Shown: one piece after another, positions 57,522 through 64,000 of the stretch
Numbering within the stretch: position 1 is the first letter of the stretch
Layout: each line of letters begins with the position of its first letter
From: a virus
Taxonomy: Duplodnaviria; Caudoviricetes
Virus record (IMG/VR): IMGVR_UViG_3300026549_000895
Span: 128,001-192,000 of that record
Direction: 5' to 3' (one strand)
Length of the DNA: 64,000 bases
The notes under the pieces: generated by a model
Databases searched by the model: none
The model's input: the letters and a program-made list of their open reading frames with translations, nothing else
Told to the model about the DNA's origin: nothing
Position numbers and translations under genes: made by a program

Positions 57522-60500
57522 ATGAAAGGAATGAGTTTAATGTCAGACACAAAGTTTGTTTTTTCTGGGAACTTTGAGAAGCAAATAGATTTATTGTGTA
57601 AAGCATATGATAAATTGTATACTGCTTTGAATGGTTTGAAGAATGAAAAGTTTGGGAATTATGGTTTGTGTTGTGTTGACTATGGTTTCCGAATTATCAG
57701 ACCTTCTGATGTTGCTACTTATGTAGATTATCTTCTGAAGATGATGCAGAGTAGACAGTTGGATTTTGGCAGTCCTACTGATTTGAATGTGTTCAATGTA
57801 TCTTTTGTTAAGAAGGTACTGAAAGAGAACGGTTCTGATTCATTAGAGAAAGCAATGGAAAATGCTTGTGGTTTGAGTTGGATTAATCCTAAGAGAACGA
57901 ATCTTGATAATGTACGTAGTATGCTTGAGAGAGAATGCTTTAGGACGATGATTTATTCAAACTGGGAAATGATGAAGAGAGTTCGTAGTGATCAGTTTGA
58001 GAGTGATTTGAAACTGATTTCGGATATGGGTTTTGTTCGTACAATGAAGAACGTTGTGAATGCAATACCTGGAATCCTGAATGGAGACGATTACTTCAAG
58101 GGAATTGGTAATTCACACTTGGTGGATCTGGTTCGTGTTAATATTGAAGAAATGATTATCTTCGTATTTGCTTTGAATATTCGAACAATGATGAGCATGA
58201 AGAGATATGGCTCACCTCGTTCTTCTTATGATGTACCTTCTTCATCTCACGAGGTACTGAATTTCAATGAGAGTGTTGATGTGTCGAAATGCAGACCTGT
58301 ATTCATTGTTCTGACTGAAGGCAAGACTCCTTTGATGTCAGCTGGTATTCGTCATATTACCCATTCGAACTTCACTCATGTTTCAATTGGATTTGATCCT
58401 TCTTTGAACAAAATGTATTCTTTCGGCGGTCCTTATCAGGGTGATGAGTATTCATCTGATTCTTTCGGTTGTAGAATAGAATCAATGGGAGACGGTGTAC
58501 TGGCTGACAAATACGTCAAAGTGTTTGTTTGTTGGATATCTGCTGATTCGGTTTATAAGATGATGGAAACTTGCGAAGATTTCATCAATAACCAATCTGA
58601 TACTCGTTTCAATTGGAGTATGATTCGTAACTTCGTACTCGGTATCGATAAGGACATGGGAAGTGATAAGTATCATCAGATCTGTTCTTCTTTCGTGAAC
58701 TTGCTGTTCAAGAACGTCGGAATTCAATTGTTCGATGATAAGAATGTACCTTCGCCTGTTGACTATGAAAACATGGTTGATGATAACAAAGATAAGTTTG
58801 TTCAGATCTACTATGGTAAGGCATCGGGTTATTCCGACAAATACTTCGTGATCGCGGATAAGTTCGCAACAAAGAAGAAGTCACAACAGTTCGATGATGT
58901 AGTGACCGAGTGTTGTTTGTTGAAGACGAACAGATTCGTATTTTCCAACAAGATTCCGTATAACTGCAACTTCCGTGATATCGTGTGCAACGATATGCAT
59001 CCTCACTTCAAAGATACCAAGTCGGCTTTGATGTACATTCTCGGAAATGTTGATTCTCCAATTTGTATGCTGTTGACTGAATATGCTTCTCAACAGGCAA
59101 TGGATATACTGATGAATGGCAATGCGGTGGATTCTTCATTCTTGAAGATGATAACAAGAGTGTGTCCTTATGATTCTTCATATGTTGATCATCATGAATT
59201 CAAGAAATACACAACAACCGATACCGAGGATGACTACTATAAGAAGTGGCACAATATCGGTATGCAGACTGATCCGAACTGGCTCGACAAGATTGCATAT
59301 GGCAACAACTTTCTTGACGGTAATTACCGTCGCGATGCTATGGGCACTGGTAATTCAATGCCCATTGCGAATACACTCGATATGATCTGGAAGATGTATT
59401 CTGTGGATTCTTGCGACAATAAGACTCTTGCTGATAACATTTGCAAGATAGGTGGTTTGATGCTGAACATCATAAAGGTATATTCCCAAAACAGACTTCC
59501 CAACTGGGAATTCGTTCGTGATGTTCTGAGTGTTCTTGGTGAATTGTTGACTCGTTCAATGCTTCATTTGTATGCTAATAACACCGAAATCATTTCGCTG
59601 TCTGATACAATGGAAGATACCAATGATCCTGGTTATATGTATTCTGAAGCATTCTATATTATGGAAGCTGACGATAACAATCAACAACAACAATCCAATG
59701 GTGGTAAAGTTCAAGGTGCAACCATTGCTGGTGACACTTCTAAACCTGGTGCTGTTGGTGGTGCATTAGCCAGTGCGAAAGCCGCTGCTAAATCATTCCT
59801 TAAGTGGGTTATAAAGGCATTCGGTCATATCGTTGAAGATTTCAAAAATCGTCATGTCAATGAAATGAACGCTGTCTTGAAGGATAACGCTGAAATCAAC
59901 GATAAAATCTCTGCGGCCGTTGGAAAGGATTATACTGTAACATTGAACGGTTTCCGCAATTATGATTTCAAACCCGACGTTGTTAAGGGATTATTCTCAT
60001 CGGTTGCTGAATTCATGGATCCCAAGAGATTTGGTGATAAGGAATATTCAGCTGCAAATGTGCTTGCAGAAGCATATTCGAAAACACTTAGTCAAGCAAC
60101 AATTTCTCCGGATGAAATGAAGGATGATAAGAAGCGTGCTGAAGCATTGGTAACTTGGGCACTGCACGGAAAGTATCCTTATAAACCCGATCAGGATAAT
60201 TCGAGTAAAAGGCTTGATAATGAAACATGGAATAATATTGTTAACAGTCTGAAAGATTTCTCCAATAACCAGAAGCTTGTAGCTGACCAGTTCAAGAATG
60301 ATCTTGATAATGTCGGTAAGAAGGTTGAGGCTCAAACAACCGATGAGAAGAATTCCGCTAATGTAAATAAGGAAATTCTTACAAAACTCTCATTGGATTC
60401 TGCGGCTATTCAGACTGCATTGATGAAACAGTTCTTCAAGTTCAATTACGAGACTTATTCGAATATTGTAAACAACTTCAAGTCCAAGGGTGAGTCTTCA

Positions 60501-60614
60501 TCTTCTGATAACAACAATAATGAACAACCTAAGACGGAAGGTACTGATGAAGTTTCTGCTGATACAGGTGCTGATGCTTCTAATAACAATAATGCTCAGC
60601 CTAAGGAACAATAA
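57522..60614 (+). CDS. Large putative head protein containing a permuted papain-like (NlpC/P60, YiiX-type) domain
   Basis: IRHITHSNFTHVSIGF..YSFG..QICSSFV..PSPVD (His before Cys); FNES and YIMEA motifs; late-type motif at 57459-57471. Confidence 0.65.
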   Translation: MKGMSLMSDTKFVFSGNFEKQIDLLCKAYDKLYTALNGLKNEKFGNYGLCCVDYGFRIIRPSDVATYVDYLLKMMQSRQLDFGSPTDLNVFNVSFVKKVLKENGSDSLEKAMENACGLSWINPKRTNLDNVRSMLERECFRTMIYSNWEMMKRVRSDQFESDLKLISDMGFVRTMKNVVNAIPGILNGDDYFKGIGNSHLVDLVRVNIEEMIIFVFALNIRTMMSMKRYGSPRSSYDVPSSSHEVLNFNESVDVSKCRPVFIVLTEGKTPLMSAGIRHITHSNFTHVSIGFDPSLNKMYSFGGPYQGDEYSSDSFGCRIESMGDGVLADKYVKVFVCWISADSVYKMMETCEDFINNQSDTRFNWSMIRNFVLGIDKDMGSDKYHQICSSFVNLLFKNVGIQLFDDKNVPSPVDYENMVDDNKDKFVQIYYGKASGYSDKYFVIADKFATKKKSQQFDDVVTECCLLKTNRFVFSNKIPYNCNFRDIVCNDMHPHFKDTKSALMYILGNVDSPICMLLTEYASQQAMDILMNGNAVDSSFLKMITRVCPYDSSYVDHHEFKKYTTTDTEDDYYKKWHNIGMQTDPNWLDKIAYGNNFLDGNYRRDAMGTGNSMPIANTLDMIWKMYSVDSCDNKTLADNICKIGGLMLNIIKVYSQNRLPNWEFVRDVLSVLGELLTRSMLHLYANNTEIISLSDTMEDTNDPGYMYSEAFYIMEADDNNQQQQSNGGKVQGATIAGDTSKPGAVGGALASAKAAAKSFLKWVIKAFGHIVEDFKNRHVNEMNAVLKDNAEINDKISAAVGKDYTVTLNGFRNYDFKPDVVKGLFSSVAEFMDPKRFGDKEYSAANVLAEAYSKTLSQATISPDEMKDDKKRAEALVTWALHGKYPYKPDQDNSSKRLDNETWNNIVNSLKDFSNNQKLVADQFKNDLDNVGKKVEAQTTDEKNSANVNKEILTKLSLDSAAIQTALMKQFFKFNYETYSNIVNNFKSKGESSSSDNNNNEQPKTEGTDEVSADTGADASNNNNAQPKEQ

Positions 60615-60635
60615 AAAAGAAAGGAGTTAAAGAAT

Positions 60636-61493
60636 ATGCCACTTAAGTCAACTCAAACAAACAAATACGAAACCGCATGTTTCGTACAGGAAGCTGGAGT
60701 AGGAGCAAACATGGACAGAGGAACTCTTAAGATTCTTAAGAATAAATCTGATGGCCGTCCATATTGTAAATTCGATTCCGTACTGTGGTCATTCGCTGGT
60801 AAGAATAGAATGGGAAGATTCTATGATATCAATAATGCAAAGGCATGTATTAATAACGACACCAGAATCCAGAAGTTGAAATCCATCAACAAATGGAGAG
60901 GAGAACTGAATCATCCTAATCCGGACATCAAAGGACAGGAATTCAACTCTATCAGAATGACTATTCCTGAGCAGACCAGAACCTCTCACTTCATAAACAA
61001 GGATAGATTCGATGGTCTTCAGTACAAGGCTGAGATTACTACAAATGGTGCTAATACCGAATGTGGCAATCAGGTAAACTGGGAAATCATTGATAATGGT
61101 TCAGTACCGGATTTCTCTGTACGCCTTATGGGAATTATGATTCCTAATGCTCCTATGGGTAGACCGAATATGAGAGTCAACAGAGTCATTACTTTTGACA
61201 TGGTTGATTTCCCTTCACACGAAGATGCTGAAGCAGATATCAAACCTGTTCAGGAATCAGCTGACATTTGTAAGATTATATTCCTTCAGGATCTGGCAAA
61301 GTACTGTGTTGAACAGTCTGAGAATCTCAGATGTGTATGTGAATCATTTGAAATTACTCCTGAGGAAGTATATGGAATCAGAGATGGTTCTATTGAAATT
61401 CATCAACGCGACTCTTCTAAGATTCTGATTCCTATGGAGAAGCAGATCAGAAGAGAAGCTATCTCAATTATTCTTGGAAAGGGGATTCTGTAA
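60636..61493 (+). CDS. Prohead (head maturation) protease, T4 gp21 / phiKZ gp175-like
   Basis: NRMGRFY, GELNHP, SHFI, FSVRLMG, ITFDMVDFPSH. Confidence 0.85.
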   Translation: MPLKSTQTNKYETACFVQEAGVGANMDRGTLKILKNKSDGRPYCKFDSVLWSFAGKNRMGRFYDINNAKACINNDTRIQKLKSINKWRGELNHPNPDIKGQEFNSIRMTIPEQTRTSHFINKDRFDGLQYKAEITTNGANTECGNQVNWEIIDNGSVPDFSVRLMGIMIPNAPMGRPNMRVNRVITFDMVDFPSHEDAEADIKPVQESADICKIIFLQDLAKYCVEQSENLRCVCESFEITPEEVYGIRDGSIEIHQRDSSKILIPMEKQIRREAISIILGKGIL

Positions 61494-61496
61494 TTT

Positions 61497-64000
61497 ATGA
61501 AGATTTATGATATGCTTTCATACCATCAGAACGAGGTCCCTGAAATTGCAAAGACAAGACTGTCTGGAATCATTTCCTTCTTAAAAGAAAAGAATCTTCT
61601 TGTGAATGATAACGTCAATCTGGCCTCGAGTCAGATTGACGAAACCATTCTGAATGAGAAGGGTAAAGCTTTTCTTGATACTGCAATGGAAGTTGTCAGA
61701 AATATAAAGGTTGACGAGTTAAGATCAACTCTTGACAAACTCTATGATCAGTTCCAGCGTGCATATGGTAAGAACATTATGGAGAATGCAATCGTTGCCG
61801 AAGCTTCTTATTTTTCTAATATAGAAACTGCCATCAAATCAATCAACGATTATTTCTCTTCTGATTTTAAGAATCAGAACTTTCCGATGCTGAATGATGA
61901 CTTTGAACTTGATTCAAATATTCAATCATTCATCAATACATTCAAGAAGATTCCTCCGACTTGGATATCCAATCCGGATGAAATCGAGAACGCTATAAGT
62001 GTAATTCTTGAAGAGCATGAAAAGAATACATCTGAGCAGTCTACTTATTCAAAGCTCGTTGCTGAGAATAAGACTGAGATTGTTGATCTGATTGAATCTT
62101 TCATTGCTTATAAGAAGCTTCAGTTCATAGCTGATAACTTCGATGACTTCCAGAATATAATTCAGGGAATTTATTCACTTAAGATTTTCACAAATCCTAT
62201 GGATTTCAAAGAAGCTATTCAGAAGATGCAGACAGTTAGCATTGATGAAATATCTGATATATTCGAAGAGGATGAGATAGATCCTTCTATCATAACTCCT
62301 ACAAGAATTGCAAATTCTGTATTCGATAATAACAATCAGATTACTCTTCCTTCTTCTCTTATCAAGGAAGATGAAATCAAACGTATGAATGATTTCCGTC
62401 CTCTTCAGATGGATATCGTAATAAACGATGTTCCTGTTGATGAATACTATGTTCAGGAAGCAGCGGAAGTCAATTACTTCAAGGAAATAAAACCTGTCGA
62501 CATCAAGTACAACGCTGGTTCAGACAGATTTGAAATTTCCAAACAACTCAAATCTCAAATCAAGAATTTGATTTCCGGAATCGAAGCTTGCAATACAACA
62601 GAGGATCTTAATAAATTCTTCTCTGAATATGGAGATCCTTCTGATATGATTAAGACCAATTTCCCATTCCTCCTCAGTAAAGTATTCTGGAATAAGAAGA
62701 AATACACTAAGGAGATTGAGGAAAAGAAGATTCTTCAGGATTACATTGGATCTTATTCATCTATCGCAAACAAGAACAAGGGTGCAAGAAGATTCATTTC
62801 ATATGATCTTTACACATTATTCAAGACAGACAAGGAAGGAACAATTCAGTTCTTGAAGGATTTCCTGTATCTTGATCTGTATAACAACAAGGAAGTTGTT
62901 ATCTCTAATAATGTAGCTCTTGCTATATTCAACATCTTCGATTCTCATATCTATTTCGATATTCTTTATAATGTATCCGGAAAGTCTGATGTGACTAATT
63001 CCGAATTCATCAAAGAATCCAGAAAGAGAATCAATAAGAATTCTCATGAAGCGAAGCCTTACGACAACGGCGAGAATGAAACAAAACCGAAGAAGGAAAC
63101 TTCCAAAGAGATTCATGAATACGCTGTTGCACGTTTCAATGCAATGGGAGATATTGACATTGCAGATATGCAATACTGCGAAGGATACAGAGACATCCTC
63201 ATGGATGAAATTCTTTGCTTTGAAGATGCTGCTTACAATGCAAATCTGTCACAGCAGGCTATTACAAAATACATCGGTGAATCATATGACGTTGTACAGG
63301 AAGTAATTCAGGGAGTTATTCCTGATTACATGCAGAACAGAATAGCTGTTTCTGATGAAGAGAATGGTGGTCATAATGAACCTAACATTCAGCCTGTAGA
63401 TCTTCCTCCGGATATTCCTACAAATCCGATTGATGAACTTGCTGGTTCAATCAATGCTAAACTCGATATCGATGGTGACATCGAACAGAAGCTTGGTACT
63501 GGATATGAGAATAATCCGAACAGAGACAGGAATGCTTCTCACGTTGTTTACAATATTACGAACAACTACAACAATTCCTTCAATAAACATTCGGATTCTC
63601 ATAATACAACTTCTTACGATCTTTCTTCTAATAAGAGAGATTCACACAACACTGTATATGATCTTTCGTCAAAAACTAATGCGAAGGATTCATACAATAA
63701 AAATGTTCCGATTCGTCGAACAAAGAACAACACTAAAGGTAATGTATCATCATCTGGAATAAACAGTGAAAAGAACGGTGGACACGATGATTTAGTCAAA
63801 CTCGAATCAGGTTTGTCTGTTCAGGAAATGTTCGCTTTTCTCGAAGCTGCAGAGCCCCAAACCAATGAAGATACATCAGCGACACCGAACAAAGCAAAAC
63901 CTCCAAAGGATGATGCTTTGACAAAAGCTATGGACAAAGATCGTGAAACTCTGGCTAAGCAAGAGGAAGCGAAAAAGAAAGTCCAGAAGGCTGTCAACAC
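61497..64000 (+). CDS. Large putative head protein (3'-truncated by window edge; absent from ORF track)
   Basis: ATG 61497 with AAAGGGG RBS; reading frame MKIYDMLSYHQNE... appears open to the window end; YVQEA, VVQE and FLEA motifs. Confidence 0.7.
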   Translation, partial: MKIYDMLSYHQNEVPEIAKTRLSGIISFLKEKNLLVNDNVNLASSQIDETILNEKGKAFLDTAMEVVRNIKVDELRSTLDKLYDQFQRAYGKNIMENAIVAEASYFSNIETAIKSINDYFSSDFKNQNFPMLNDDFELDSNIQSFINTFKKIPPTWISNPDEIENAISVILEEHEKNTSEQSTYSKLVAENKTEIVDLIESFIAYKKLQFIADNFDDFQNIIQGIYSLKIFTNPMDFKEAIQKMQTVSIDEISDIFEEDEIDPSIITPTRIANSVFDNNNQITLPSSLIKEDEIKRMNDFRPLQMDIVINDVPVDEYYVQEAAEVNYFKEIKPVDIKYNAGSDRFEISKQLKSQIKNLISGIEACNTTEDLNKFFSEYGDPSDMIKTNFPFLLSKVFWNKKKYTKEIEEKKILQDYIGSYSSIANKNKGARRFISYDLYTLFKTDKEGTIQFLKDFLYLDLYNNKEVVISNNVALAIFNIFDSHIYFDILYNVSGKSDVTNSEFIKESRKRINKNSHEAKPYDNGENETKPKKETSKEIHEYAVARFNAMGDIDIADMQYCEGYRDILMDEILCFEDAAYNANLSQQAITKYIGESYDVVQEVIQGVIPDYMQNRIAVSDEENGGHNEPNIQPVDLPPDIPTNPIDELAGSINAKLDIDGDIEQKLGTGYENNPNRDRNASHVVYNITNNYNNSFNKHSDSHNTTSYDLSSNKRDSHNTVYDLSSKTNAKDSYNKNVPIRRTKNNTKGNVSSSGINSEKNGGHDDLVKLESGLSVQEMFAFLEAAEPQTNEDTSATPNKAKPPKDDALTKAMDKDRETLAKQEEAKKKVQKAVN

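Noticed and set aside
1-64000. Stop-codon reassignment, CRISPR arrays, introns/inteins, IS elements, DGR
   Set aside because: Long genes are intact in code 11. I saw no regularly spaced repeats and no intein, RT or transposase motifs.

Overview
AT-rich, gene-dense 64 kb segment of a jumbo myophage of the phiKZ/AR9-like type with phage-encoded multisubunit RNA polymerases. The host is probably a Bacillota anaerobe of the Ruminococcus/Oscillospiraceae type, inferred from GAAAGGAG-type RBSs, a Gram-positive amidase and holin, and a dockerin. The window holds tail-fibre and virion genes, a split virion RNAP beta (14.8-19.0 kb plus 54.4-55.2 kb), a compact beta' with NADFDGD, a split family-B DNA polymerase, a type IIA topoisomerase A subunit, an SF2 helicase, ThyX, a DHH phosphoesterase, a dATP/dGTP diphosphohydrolase, scattered lysis genes, a gp25-like baseplate protein, a prohead protease and several head proteins with E-S/A motifs. 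Most notable observations: (1) two dispersed cassettes (6.6-7.2 kb, 48.7-49.35 kb) that share a promoter-like motif, a conserved ~100-nt structured element, a structurally conserved pseudoknot plus hairpin next to the RBS, and a similar terminator, but carry unrelated small ORFs; (2) a stand-alone Ruminococcus-type dockerin behind a late-type promoter; (3) an M48-like head protein with an SMI1/KNR4 domain bracketed by 33-bp direct repeats that each lead into a putative protease site; (4) an ACG-N6-TAW late promoter motif; (5) a ~170-nt structured RNA candidate after the vRNAP beta gene; (6) five G5 runs at the gene-strand switch. All protein calls come from reading motifs by eye; no searches were run.
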